A DNA stretch of 63,196 nucleotides from Octopus bimaculoides (GCF_001194135.2 NC_068993.1:2745543-2808738), one strand, 5' to 3'. Positions 14,001-27,127 are shown, numbered from the stretch's first letter. Translations and numbers: made by a program. The notes: generated by a model not told the origin, from the letters alone.

Positions 14001-14082
14001 AAGTTCAGACACTCAGTTTAAGAATGTACATATAAGTATGGATATACATTTACATATATAAGTTTGCATATAAAAATAATAA

Positions 14083-14156
<74 letters not shown>

Positions 14157-14461
14157 GTAATTCTATTAAAAAGTTCCATAATATTTCAACTCATATGTTC
14201 TTCAGATTTCTTGGAGACATATTTATTATATAAGAATTGCATGCTTAGTGATATATATNNNNNNNNNNNNNNNNNNNNNNNNNNNNNNNNNNNNNNNNNN
14301 NNNNNNNNNNNNNNNNNNNNNNNNNNNNNNNNNNNNNNNNNNNNNNNNNNNNNNNNNNNNNNNNNNNNNNNNNNNNNNNNNNNNNNNNNNNNNNNNNNNN
14401 NNNNNNNNNNNNNNNNNNNNNNNNNNNNNNNNNNNNNNNNNNNNNNNNNNNNNNNNNNNNN

Positions 14462-14541
<80 letters not shown>

Positions 14542-14857
14542 TGTATGTAGTGCAAGAGGGAGAAAGAAGAAATGAAAGAGAAGAGGGGATAGTATAGTGA
14601 ATGTGCAAGAAAAGGTGAAATAATTTGGTGAAAATCACTATTGTTGCTAGCAAATGTTAACACGACAGGAAAATATTGTATTCTGTTGCAATTAAAGGTT
14701 TTCTTGGAGTCTTTATTTTGCAGATTTACTAAACTCAAGGAATAGCATCAATGAAGTATCAACAAAGGAGGAATACACGGAAATGTGTATCGATCGTCAA
14801 AGCCATGATAACTGGAATTATAGGAATGGTAGAATGATTGGTAGAATACCATAATTT

Positions 14858-15050
14858 ACATCTTGTTTGTTGTTAACACAACATTTCAGCTGATATACCC
14901 TCCAGCATTCTTCAGGTGTCTTGGGGGAAATTTCGAGCCTGGATTCTCATTCCTAAGGAATTTTTCGATGTTATTATTATTATTATTGTTATTGTTCAGG
15001 TGACTGCTTGGAATCGAACTCAGAATCTTAACCACTACGCCATATGCCCG
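14858..15050 (-). mobile_element. tRNA-headed SINE-like element with an (AAT)n linker and a hammerhead-like 3' part
   Basis: Minus strand: GGGCATA-TGGCGTAGTGG (A box)..GAGTTCGATTCC (B box)..(AAT)n..gacacCTGAAGAatgctg-gagggtatat-cagctGAAAtgttgtgtt. Confidence 0.65.
14875..14920 (-). ncRNA. Minimal type I hammerhead-ribozyme-like motif (probably mutated)
   Basis: CUGAAGA and GAAA core boxes, stem II gctg/cagc, stem I gacac/gtgtt; the base after GAAA is T rather than the usual C. Confidence 0.55.
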
Positions 15051-15101
15051 TGGGCAATTATGGAGTGTATGCCATATGCCCGTGGGCAATTATGGAGTGT
15101 A
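15039..15101. repeat. 32-bp tandem duplication
   Basis: gccatatgcccgtgggcaattatggagtgta occurs at 15039 and 15071. Confidence 0.95.
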
Positions 15102-15248
15102 CGACATCAACTAAATCACGAAATCAAAGTGAGGTTATCTTCATTACTTAGAAAAATAACCAGAGATGATGATACAAAGAGAATGCAACAAGATCTGGAA
15201 AAGTCATAGAAAGAGGAGGAGGCGGAGGGGGGTTACACTCACAGTCCA

Positions 15249-15465
15249 AGGCAGTGATTTGGCAGAATCGTTTGCACGCTGACAAAATGCTTAGCGGCAC
15301 TTCGCCCATCTTTGCGTTTTGAGTTCAAATTCCACCGAGGTCAACTTTGCCTTTCATCCTTTCGAGATCGATAAAATAAGCACCAATCAAGCACGGGGGG
15401 GGGGGGTCGATGTAATCGACTATCCACCTCAAATTCCAAGCCTTTGCCTGTAAAAGAAAGGACTA
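15249..15465 (+). mobile_element. SINE family A
   Basis: TGGCAGAATCGTT A-box-like, GAGTTCAAATTCC B-box, shared core. Confidence 0.9.
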
Positions 15466-15739
15466 TTACATACAGGTAGACATACGTAGACGTTCAATTT
15501 GTGACCCTCTCTTCTTTTGTTTGCGCATTTTGTTCTTTCAAGCTGCTATTCATTTAGCTGCACATCTGAACACCACTACTCAGATATGCAGCTGCAATAC
15601 TCAGTCAAATATTCTATCATCACTCACTTCCAAATCAGGTTTTAATCATCATCAGTGGCAGAAATAATTATAGACTTATGGCACCTCTCCCCCACTCCGC
15701 GGTGGCAACAACGGAGCCTGTAACCAATGAAACCACAAC

Positions 15740-15868
15740 ACCAACACCACCATACAATAATAACAACTGCTACCATCACCACTACTATCACTGCTACTAC
15801 TACTACTACAACCACCAGCACTACTACAACCACTACTACTACTACTACTACTACAACTATTACAACCG

Positions 15869-15905
<37 letters not shown>

Positions 15906-15960
15906 TACTACTAATACAGCCACCGCCACAGCTGCCACCATCACCACCACCACTATCACC

Positions 15961-15993
<33 letters not shown>

Positions 15994-16000
15994 GCAAGCA
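15740..16000. repeat. (ACT/ACC)n trinucleotide microsatellite block
   Basis: Direct reading; source of the poly-T/Y/V/S pseudo-ORFs. Confidence 0.95.
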
Positions 16001-16719
16001 ATAGATATTCCATGATGTCCTCTCATTCAAACCAATGTTATTGTCTTCTTCCTCTTCTTCTTTCGGTCAGTCTGTTCTGTCAAAAGGTCACAGAAACTTC
16101 CCTCAAGGCTGACATCGTATGTGTTGCATTGGTTTAGATTTATGAATATGCGGTTGCTTTCTATTTCTATGATTCTTAGTTTTGTTTTGTTGTTTATTTC
16201 TGTTTTTGGTATTTTCTGCTTCACATTTTACCCCACCCCCCACTCAGTTCTGATGCCGGTGCTGCCGAATTCTTTGTTGTTGCTGTTGTTTCAGTTATTC
16301 ATCCGTCTTATTTCTTGCTTTCTATCTATAACTTTATTCTCGTAACCAATCTGTCAGGAACTGAAATTTATTATAGTCTTCATCTTTATATCAAATGCCC
16401 CTGCATTAACACAAGCTTCCTTTTCAAATTCCGTGAAGATATCCATTGATTTGCGTCAGAATAGCAACATAAAGCAGGAGATAGGTTACAGTTCTAATGA
16501 ATCTAATGACTTACAATGTCATCTTCGTATTTTTGCATTAAAATAAAAAGTTGCTTTTACTCTCTATGAGGTCTCGATGCTGCTAAAAGAATACATGGAG
16601 GGGATTACAGCAATAGTGCTGTAGTAGATTTGAAACTGAATTGCCAGATAGTCGGGCAAATACCACGGTTAGATCATTGTTGTTTCACATGATCGACTGA
16701 TTAACTTCATAATCAGCAT

Positions 16720-16939
16720 CAAGCCATTATGTGTGTGCTCTTAAGGTATTTCTAAGGGAGATTCAGCATGACACAAAACCTTTGAATTACAGTTACAACA
16801 TGTTTTAGTCAGATGAGTGAACTGGAACAACGTGAAATAAAGTGTCTTGCTCAAGGACGGAATGTTCCACCGTGTATCGAACTCATGACGTCACGATCGT
16901 GAGCCAGACACTCTACCCACTAAGCCATGTGCCTTCACC
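16720..16939 (-). mobile_element. SINE family C
   Basis: aacgtgaaataaagtgtcttgctcaaggac..ccactaagccatgtgccttca. Confidence 0.9.
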
Positions 16940-18681
16940 TGCAATGGACAACCTTTTTAGTCAAACGAATCTTCAACCCAGGTTCAATTCCCACTAAATT
17001 TAACCAGACCCTCGTTCACAACAATCATCTATCTTGAGAAAGGCATAAACAAACTCTATCTGTCTTCCTCTCCAATATCAAAGATTTATCGTATTTTTAA
17101 CTTTATAAATCAAACCCAGAAGCTTTGACCTAACGGTCAAAATCCTATTTAAAATTGTGTATAATGTCGTTCGGGTGACCCTGTATGAAACAGCGATAGA
17201 TGTTTTCTAAAACACTTTGGCTTGACGTAACAGTTGACATAAAACATCGCATACTGATTACTTTAGCTAATGTTTTTTGATCTTTCCTTGCAACAAATTT
17301 CAATATATTTTTATGAAAATTCAGATAACTATTTTATTTTATTTTATTTTTACGTATTTCATAAATTTACTTTGAATCAGATATTTATCTCTGTAAAACA
17401 TACTTACATAGATTCATACATACGTACATATGTATATGTATATATGTGTGTGGAGATATATATGTATGTATACATATTTATGAAGATATATGTATTCATA
17501 TGTATGTATGTATGTAAAAATATTCCTCTTTATATATGTGTGTGTATGTATATATATATATATATATATATACATAAATATATACACACACGTATATATA
17601 TATATATATATATATATAAACACATATACATACACATGTATATATATTAGTTTCTCACCCAATTATTGGCTATGTCCTTGTGGTAGTAGTTTGGTTATAA
17701 TGACGTTGTTGTTGTTGCTGTTGTATCAGACTGGAATAATAAGAAAAATTGAATTTAAATATGGATTGAAGTATGAATTGGGCTCCTTCAAGCATTATGT
17801 CGATGGTGAAAATTAATACAAGAGTTTAAAGGAAGCATCAAATTGGCAAAATTGATCTTTTATTAAACGGAACTATTCTGTCTATAAAGGCTATTCTTTA
17901 AAAAAAAAACATTGTTTAAAAAATTCAGAGAGATTTATGTTAGATGAGAAAATAGACAATGCTTATGTCAGCCTTGTCTTGGTTTGCGTGCTCAACACCC
18001 GAGAAAACATAGAAGTGTTATTGTGATATACAGCGTGTCTTAGACATCTGAAAGCTGGCAGAGTCAGTTCCGCTCCGACAATGGGAACTGCCGATTTCTT
18101 CCAGGAATGGAGATAAAAAAGAAAAGAAAGGCTGACAAAATAATCACTTTAAGTATGAGACTAATGTCTTATAAATCGACCCGGAAAGAATGAAATGTTG
18201 AACTTCATAGATCAGCTGAGCGATTGTGAGGAATAAGGGGGAGGGGAGAAGGATACTGATGCTATAATCATCATCGTCGTTGTCGTCGTCGTTGTCATCG
18301 TCGTCATCAGCGGAACACAGAAAATTGGATGAAACGGATACCGTACGGCATTTCACTCGATGCTCTAATAGCTCAATGCTTATCATAGATTTTTAAGCTT
18401 GTCAAGAAGTGTCTATATATTTACTCGATCTGCTACATCTAGTAGCTAAATCATTCTTCTCCTTAAAACGTATATGTATGCGACACACACACACATTTAC
18501 AATAAATGTAGACCAATAAATCGATATGAATCTATAGTAATATCGACAGATTATCGAACAGGTTGGTATTAGGAAGTACACAGAATGATAAAATAATATC
18601 TACATCGATTATTATCTTTTTCACGGGTTCGTTCGACCCATTCTGACACATAATATGTATATATATATATATACACACAAA

Positions 18682-18719
<38 letters not shown>

Positions 18720-19179
18720 NNNNNNNNNNNNNNNNNNNNNNNNNNNNNNNNNNNNNNNNNNNNNNNNNNNNNNNNNNNNNNNNNNNNNNNNNNNNNNNNN
18801 NNNNNNNNNNNNNNNNNNNNNNNNNNNNNNNNNNNNNNNNNNNNNNNNNNNNNNNNNNNNNNNNNATATATATATGTATGTATGTATGTATGTATATTGA
18901 AAGACAGAGAGTAGGTGATATGTATTTATGCAGGGTTTTGATTGTAGGATGAGGGTCAGGTAGAAAAGACGATGGTGTGAGTTGGTGCCTGAAGGTATCT
19001 GAGGAAGGAATTTGGTTTGGGAATTTGCTGAGAACATATCTAAATATGTTTGGCCATGTAGAAGAGATAACGTCGAAAAAAAAAAAAAAAGACAAAAAAG
19101 CCAGAAAGAAAGAAAAACGTGAGTGACAGCATTTTGAAATGTCCAACTAAATGCATCTTGGAAGGTAGTCGTGGCATGA

Positions 19180-19327
19180 TGATGATGATCACCATCATCA
19201 TCATCATGGTAGTGATGAATGTAGTGAAGGCGACAGAGATGCTGATTGTGGCGATGGTGGTTGAAGTGGTGGTGGTCATGAAGAAGATAAACCTATTAAC
19301 AGTGCTGACGACAGCAACGACGATGAA

Positions 19328-19359
<32 letters not shown>

Positions 19360-19560
19360 AGGTGGAGGTAGTGGTGGTGGTGGTGGTGGTGGAGGTGGTA
19401 GTAGTACTGATGAAAACGAACCTATTAATGGTACTGCTGCTGACGATGATAATGATGATGACGACCACCACCGCTGTCATGATAACGACACTAACGATGG
19501 TGATGACGATTATGATGATGATGATGGTGTCGACAATAATAACAAACTCATTGATAATGA
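19180..19560. repeat. (GAT/GGT)n compound microsatellite
   Basis: Direct reading; similar blocks at 31840-32220, 37135-37360 and 62900-63010. Confidence 0.95.
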
Positions 19561-20199
19561 CATCCTTCTTGTCCTCCTTTTTTCGTCATCCCATTCTTTA
19601 AAAAATCATTCTGTGAAATTCAACTTTGAATCCATCAAAAATTCTTGGGCGTATCACTGCTACAAGATACGTCCAACCACCAAATCTAGGCAGTGATAGT
19701 GTCTCGATATAATTAACACAATTCTCAAGAAATAATAACCAAATTCCCCTAGAATCACATTTTGCCGTCATAAAAGGTGAACACAGGATAATGTAACATA
19801 GAATACACTATTCTTAAAAATAAGATGGATTGATCGTGGACAGGTTGACTTAGATCATAGCTGTATGGCTTTAAACGTTTGTAGGCCATAAATGTATTTT
19901 TTTTTATATTAGTCTAAATCATTTAGATAATTGTTGTGCTGATGATAATCATTGAGTCAGAAACACGTGTCTACAACTGTCCTCTTATCTCCAGACAAGA
20001 TGTCGTTTACGTATAACTGTAAGTTAGTAAACTGAACACAGTTGACTTGTTATTTTTTACTTCAGTCACCCAAACATTTGTTTCTGCTAGTTTATAAAAA
20101 CAAACTGCATTGGGATTTCGAACCCTAACCACTGGGTACTCAGCTAGACACCACAGTTTTCATGTGATTGCTCCATAAATCAATCAATCAGCGTGAAGC

Positions 20200-20790
20200 T
20201 GTGACGTGATATGGTTTTCTCGAACGTTCTAGGATTTACTGCCTGTCACCTGATAAAATTAATTTGGTGCTTAACTCATCGCAGGGTATTGAGGGTGGCC
20301 GACTGATTCACACACCTCACCTCTTGCCACGCACAGGATTCAAGCACAGACAGCCAACAGACCACTGATACCACAGACTGCCTTGGACATTTGCACAGAC
20401 GACTCCCAGCACTCGGGAACACTGCATGATGTCCTCTGATAACTTTCTACATTCAAGGGCAGTTTTTCTCTCCTCCTAATTGGCAATTAGCATTGCCCAT
20501 TGTAAGTAGCCAACTGTAAATTTAATATGTCCGGCAATAAATATCATAGTTTAATGTTTGAGAGTTTGCTTCAGCTATTCTCCGTGCAGCCAACAATGAC
20601 ATTCCACACCTACACTACAACAATGATAACGAAGCCATTCACTTCGACAATGGTGACTCAGATGCTTGAAGTGTGACATCATTGACCAGCTCAACTCAAA
20701 ACAACAAACGACCACGCGACAAAACAAAGAAATCCATAGGGCTTTGTTTTGTTTACTCATAAAATTTTCACGTCAACGTGATCTGCTATG
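20200..20790. promoter_or_regulatory. CpG-containing unique island with bZIP-type sites
   Basis: TGACGTGA 20202-20209, TGACTCA 20654-20660, palindrome TCACGT-CA-ACGTGA 20768-20781; motif presence only. Confidence 0.25.
20317..20475 (-). CDS. Candidate Cys-rich exon/ORF: EERKTALECRKLSEDIMQCSRVLGVVCANVQGSLWYQWSVGCLCLNPVRGKR*
   Basis: Locally GC-richer, non-repetitive 52-codon open frame after ccaattag|; ends G-K-R-stop, or a phase-2 donor AG|gtgagg. Confidence 0.25.
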   Translation of the reverse strand, partial: EERKTALECRKLSEDIMQCSRVLGVVCANVQGSLWYQWSVGCLCLNPVRGKR

Positions 20791-22002
20791 AATAGTAGCT
20801 GTCGGATTATAAACTTATTTTGTTTTTCATAGAATACTGTTGTAAGCATGTATATATTTAGGGATAAAATCTCGAATAGTTTTTAAAACATGTATATAAA
20901 TTGTGTTGTACCCAGAAAATTTTTCTGATTGACACAGGACGTCATTATAAGTTAAATGAATAAGGGAGGAAAAAAACCCATCTTTACTTGTTGCAGAGAA
21001 ACTTTATAGCAATGTATATACTAGCATACATGATATAAAAAACAAAGAAAATTTAATAAATTTAAATTACATTTTTAACGAGAACACTCATTATATAAAT
21101 AAGCAAATCTTATAAAAAGAAAATGCAGGGCTGACAACTCTGAAATTTTAATCAATTAGCTTTGAAATACAGGGAAATATTTTGACCTTTAACAATATGA
21201 CAACAACTTCAGACATGCTTCGAGTATTACTGTAAAGTACATAGGATTATTATACGTATATACACATAAGCGTATGACAAGACTGATAAATGAACCGATG
21301 CATTAAAACGATCCCTTTTCCTATTTAATATCAAACATTAAACTATTCTATATTTTGTCAATTTTTAGTCGTACACCGTATATGTCTGTGCATGTTGATA
21401 TCAGTCATATGAAGAATCTCTTCTTATGAGGAGTAGGAGTTAATAAAGCTACATTCGTCTAACTGGCGGCACAGCTGCACTGAAAATGGACATAGCAATG
21501 CTATAATAATTCATTGCTTATTTCTACATTCTCGAACAGATGTCAATAGCATTTAACTTCAGAGCACATATTATATTCGCAATGAATATGTCACTTCTGC
21601 AAAAATGTGTCATTCACTACAATTTCATTTTCTATGAATTAATTAAGTTTGTTTTCCTTCTTTCAGAATCACATTAACTTTTAGATAGAGATGCATTTCC
21701 ACACTTCAATTAATAAATGTCAAAAACTTTTCAAGAAATAATAATAAAAAAAAAGGCACAAAATTGTTCAACAGCTATATCTTGGAAAAGTTCACCTAAA
21801 AATTTATCTGGATTCATAAAAAGCTCATTTGTTAATATAGAAATAAGCTAATTCTGGTTTATGTTTGTGTGTGTATGTTTGAATATATATTTAAATGTAT
21901 ATTTATATAAATGTGTGTGTGTGTGTGCATGTATATACATATATGTGTGTATATATATATATGTATACATATATGTGGGCATACACACACAGAAGCTTAT
22001 AT

Positions 22003-22064
<62 letters not shown>

Positions 22065-22113
22065 NNNNNNNNNNNNNNNNNNNNNNNNNNNNNNNNNNNN
22101 NNNNNNNNNNNNN

Positions 22114-22161
<48 letters not shown>

Positions 22162-22169
22162 ATATATGA

Positions 22170-23160
22170 AGGTATAATTCTTCCAGAAATGCACAAGAGA
22201 AAATTTGACTTCAAACTCAATAGGAATCCCTCGCAGAATAATGATCTGACAAAATTCGAAATCTATTTAATTACGCTCATAAACTATTACGATTTAATAA
22301 TTACAACAGTGTCTTTTAAAACACATTAAACGATTCATCATCTCTCATAAATTCAAACAATATATTTGTGCAAGATGATAAAACTAAAAATCTATAAGAA
22401 TTAGGGAGCGATACTTAGAACGGATTTCTATAGAACTCTATGGCGAATATTCTAATTAGCTCAGTTTTTAAAGAATTTGATTTAAAACTGATGATGAATA
22501 TAATGTGAAGGTAGTAAATTTCCAAGGTGAAGCATTAAATATATGAAGAAACAATACACATAAATAGAAGCTCCATGCACACACCCACGATCATGCAACG
22601 TTAGTAGACATGTAAGTAACCGATTGCCGAATGGTGTAATATCGAACAATACTGCTTCAAACTACAATAATGATCTAACTTGAAGTTGGAAAGCAAAGCT
22701 GAATATACAAAACAATCCAAATCAAATAATACCAAACTTAAAAGTAGAAAAGAATGAGTTTAATATTTCTCATAGTTTAAATGTTTACACATATATCAGT
22801 AGGATTTACTTTCCACTAATCATTACGCACTTCTCCACTTGACACAGATATCACAAAAGCCTTCTACAAAATTTTTTTTACACTAGTTATTGTATGCGTA
22901 ACACAGATTTACAAAACTATAAAAGTAACGACACCACAAGATCTATAGCCAGATCACAAATAACGCAAGCTGAATGTAACAGTAGAAACTTTATTAGGTG
23001 CTCTTTGAATGGAAATTACCTGTTTACAGAAATAGTATACAGAGCAGATGCAGAATTGACAGACCAGAGAGATAATTGTAAATTGGGTTAATTGCAAATA
23101 CATTTAAAGTAAGACACCTACAGCACACACATTCGTTTATATCTAAAATTTGCTTCTAAT
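22170..23160 (+). mobile_element. Internally deleted Penelope-like relic (RT N-terminus + thumb + GIY-YIG)
   Basis: FDFKLNRNPSQNNDLTKFE; NIFVQDDKTKNL; CNSRNFIRCSLNGNYLFTEIVYRAD...LG*IANTFKVRH. Confidence 0.8.
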
Positions 23161-24811
23161 GTATCTAAAAGACAGACTAGAAAGTATCTTCACTATAAAA
23201 ACCAAAGGCATAAAATAGTTTCAGTATTCATTCCAATCAAGTGGACTGAAGAAATTGAGGTTTTAATTCTATCTAAATCAGAAGAGGAGAAAGCTTTTAG
23301 TAATGCTTCATCCAATGAAATACAAGCTTCAAGCTTTTTTATACATTTTACAGTATTAAGACCACTAACTGGTTGAACCAACAACTAACTCATGGGTAGC
23401 ATGGTGGGTGGATAGTAAAAGAGTAAAGACTATGAATGAACAAAGAGAATACGGAAAAATATTTGCCTTACTCAGGCACTGGCAATCCATGGTACACCAC
23501 TGTGTACATACATACATATATACATACATATATACATACATACATACATACATGCATGCATACATACATACATACATACATACATACATGTAGACACTCA
23601 CATACACACACATATATATATATATATACAAACACACGTATGTACAAGACTACCTTGTTAGTACTCTCCAAATTCCAATGAAAGAGGTCTTTTTTTCTAA
23701 TGCAGACACCACTTTTCCTCATTGATGAGGAATTTGAAAAATAAAACCAGAGAAACATTTATACATAAAGAATTTAGCTGCTGCAATAGCTGTTAACTTT
23801 CTCTCTCAACGGGGTGGGGGGACAAAGTTTTGAATCGTGTGATGTTGGTGTGCTCAGAGGTGGTAGGTATCAATATTTTTTGGGGGTTTTGAAATTGAAA
23901 TCATTGATAATTGTTGTCTATAGAACTGTTTGTATATCCATTATTAATGAGGTTGTATTTAATTGTTAAAACTGTGCTCTACTAGAGAGAATCTAGATCA
24001 CCTATTAAAAAAAAAGCAACTAATTAATAATGGATACAGAAATAATCACAACTTTCTGTGGTGTCTATCGGAGATTAAAACTTACAGCTACACGTATAAA
24101 CTCCAAATACACATTAGGCAGCAAACATATTAATTGACTGCAAAGAAATAGAGACTCGAGATGAAACTGATAAATGTATTTTTAATTCAAAAATCAAACA
24201 AAATTCGTATTGTACCACGTGCATCGATAAATTCGATTTAGTTACATAAATATTCGATACATGGAGAAGCTCTTTCATGTAATTTGAAACAAATTAACTC
24301 TAATACTGAAGACGACTGGATAGCGAGGTTGATGGTCACTGGAATCTCTTGAATTGGCAGCCAATCCTTTGGTTCATGTACTGGAAGTCTTGTTTCACTA
24401 CTTGACATGTGGCAAAATTTAATCTGCTTCTGTCTCTTGCTAAGCAGAAATATAAATTTTTCTTTCCACCCACTTTTGGATTATTTATTGTGGTTAAGAA
24501 ATGCTGTTGGGTTTGACAAAATTTGTGTTAAAGCATCAAACGTTTCTGAAACATAACACATATACATTTGTGTGCATGTGTTTGTGTGTGTGTCTCTACT
24601 TATGTTTATATATTATAGCGATATCACACACTATTATTTTATTACATATGTGTGTGTGTGTTTGTTGTTTCCATGAATCACTTATTTACATTCAATAATA
24701 TTTCGACTCAAAATTTAATGTAATTCAATATAATCGAGCAAGGTTTGCGATCTACTTTGGTTTCTCTGAAGTCTTTAAAATGTTTGTTGATGTAGTACTT
24801 TCTAATGTCCC

Positions 24812-24976
24812 TCATAAACGGTCTGTAGGGTGTTTATAACCAGGACAGAGTAGCTTCCACGAACTTATTGATTCTTCCAAATAACAACACTCATTGTGAC
24901 ACAGTATGCATTGCAGGATATGCAATTTAAATAACAGCACCAACAACCAAAATGCAACTGAAAGACAGTTTAACAT
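24812..24976 (-). CDS. 54-aa small ORF with signal-peptide-like N-terminus (MLNCLSVAFWLLVLLFKLHILQCILC-HNECCYLEESISSWKLLCPGYKHPTDRL)
   Basis: gcaccATG start context, hydrophobic N-terminus, unique sequence; no recognised homology. Confidence 0.2.
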   Translation of the reverse strand: MLNCLSVAFWLLVLLFKLHILQCILCHNECCYLEESISSWKLLCPGYKHPTDRL

Positions 24977-26311
24977 GGTGCTTTATTGCACAGCAAGCTT
25001 TGCTATGCATCCCAATCGCATTCTGCAAACAAGTCAGCTTTGACAAGCAATGTTTAGTAGGGTATGCTCAAAGTGTTCGTACAGCCATCTCCTTCAATTT
25101 GGAGTAACAAAGTTGGCAAGTCAGCTTATTAGAAATATCGTAATGATAGACTTAAATTACAAAAACCTAGATCAGTTACAGCTGCCTCTCTTCCAAAATG
25201 TAAAAAAAAAATTCTGGAACGTAACTCGTACAGGGAACTAACATGACCAAAGAGTGAATACTGCAACAATTTAATGCACATGCATGAACAAGGTGCTAGT
25301 ATGGTTCTATAAATAATTCAGTAACACTGTAATAGCTGCGTATGTACAGTGCACCAATATGGTTCCATAATGACTGTTGCAACAATGTAATAGCCGTGCA
25401 TGTATGTAGTGCACCTTCTTGGCTACAGAATGGAAACAGAATTAAAGTAATAAACATGCGTGTATGATTTAATTTATGATGGAAATGCTGAAATCTATTG
25501 AAGATCATATTGGATTATTCTTTCAGAGTGGAAGAATGAGAATTCAAACATTGCATCCATTAATAAAAACAAATTTGTATTAAAACTTCCATCATGTCCA
25601 CAGGAAACTCTTCCCATCTATTGGAGATTTAATCACAAAAATCGAAATATTATTTCGAATCCTTTAAATGAAATTGTTAAATGAAAGTATACACCCTTTT
25701 CCCTTATATAAATAAATAAATACGTAAATAAATAAATAAATGAATTAATAAATAAACAGCCATAAAATTTCTGAAAAAGTTATAAAAACCATTCTTTAAA
25801 TTTTATTCATTAAAGATAAAATTTTCCTTAATATAAACAACATTTAATTTTCCTCTGCATGTTTTGATTTTGCGAGCCTTAAAGGAACCAATGCCTTCCA
25901 GCAAATTGTTATGTATGCACCATATATTAAAGAATTATGTTTTGCTTGCTTTTAACTTGCTTTTTAAAACTTTCCCATCGACTGGAGGAAGTTTTTGATG
26001 TCTCAAAATACATTTACTGCACTTTCAAGATAACTTAAAATATTCATAAACTCTTGAAAGAGAAACTTATTGATGGAAATAAAGAAAAAAAATTAAAATC
26101 GTGTCCATAAAACATATACATACATACATGCATACATACATACATACACATACATACATATATACATACATATATATATATATATATGTATATATGTATA
26201 TATATATATATATGTATGTATGTATGTATATATATATGTATGTATCNNNNNNNNNNNNNNNNNNNNNNNNNNNNNNNNNNNNNNNNNNNNNNNNNNNNNN
26301 NNNNNNNNNNN

Positions 26312-26354
<43 letters not shown>

Positions 26355-27087
26355 CATATATACATACATATATATATATATATATGTATATATGTATATA
26401 TATATATATATGTATGTATGTATGTATATATATATGTATGTATCACACAAACATATGTGCTCATGTGTATGAAAATATGTAAGCCTGTATGCATATTTGT
26501 AAGCCTGTGTGTAAGAATGTTCATAAAACTCACATAAAATATGTAGAACTGAGAGTGTGTATACATGTAAAATTGAAAATACAAAATTTGAAAATGTATT
26601 TAGAATTTTCATTTATCAAAGTAATTTCTTTAGTGGTTTATGAAATTATTCTGACTAAAGTAAAATAAACAGATTTCTAGAAAAATAATTAAGTAAAATA
26701 ACAATTTATTGAAGTAGGCACTTTGATAGTGAGATGGTATTGGTGGTGGTGGGTGTTGTAGTTATGTGGTAGTGCGGTATACTGGTGTGGTTGTGTTGTA
26801 GTTTTGTTGTTGTAATTAAGGTTAGTGTGTTGCATGGTAGCGCATGAATGTGGCACGGTTCCATGAAATGTCGTGTTATTACAGTTCGGCACTGTGTTGC
26901 TGTGGTGTGAATGTATTGGTACGTTGCAGTTGTGTGTTGTTGTGGCATGGCACTATTAAGTTTTATGTTGTAGTTTTGTTATAGTACCCTCTAGTGTGTT
27001 GCACTTGTGCATTAGTTGCACTGCTATTTTGCAGTTGTGATTGTGTGATATTGTAGTAGTAGTAGTTGTGCTGTTGTTGTTGTTGTC

Positions 27088-27126
<39 letters not shown>

Positions 27127-27127
27127 C

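Noticed and set aside
15642-16137. Mucin-like poly-Thr/Ser ORFs
   Set aside because: Pure trinucleotide microsatellite open in several frames on both strands; no splice or domain support.
20577-20673. Plus-strand terminal-exon-like frame ILRAANNDIPHLHYNNDNEAIHFDNGDSDA*
   Set aside because: Short, with no upstream plus-strand exons found; conflicts with minus-strand candidates. Not excluded, but unsupported.
25526-25683. Plus-strand 52-codon frame after tctttcag
   Set aside because: No homology recognised and no partner exons.
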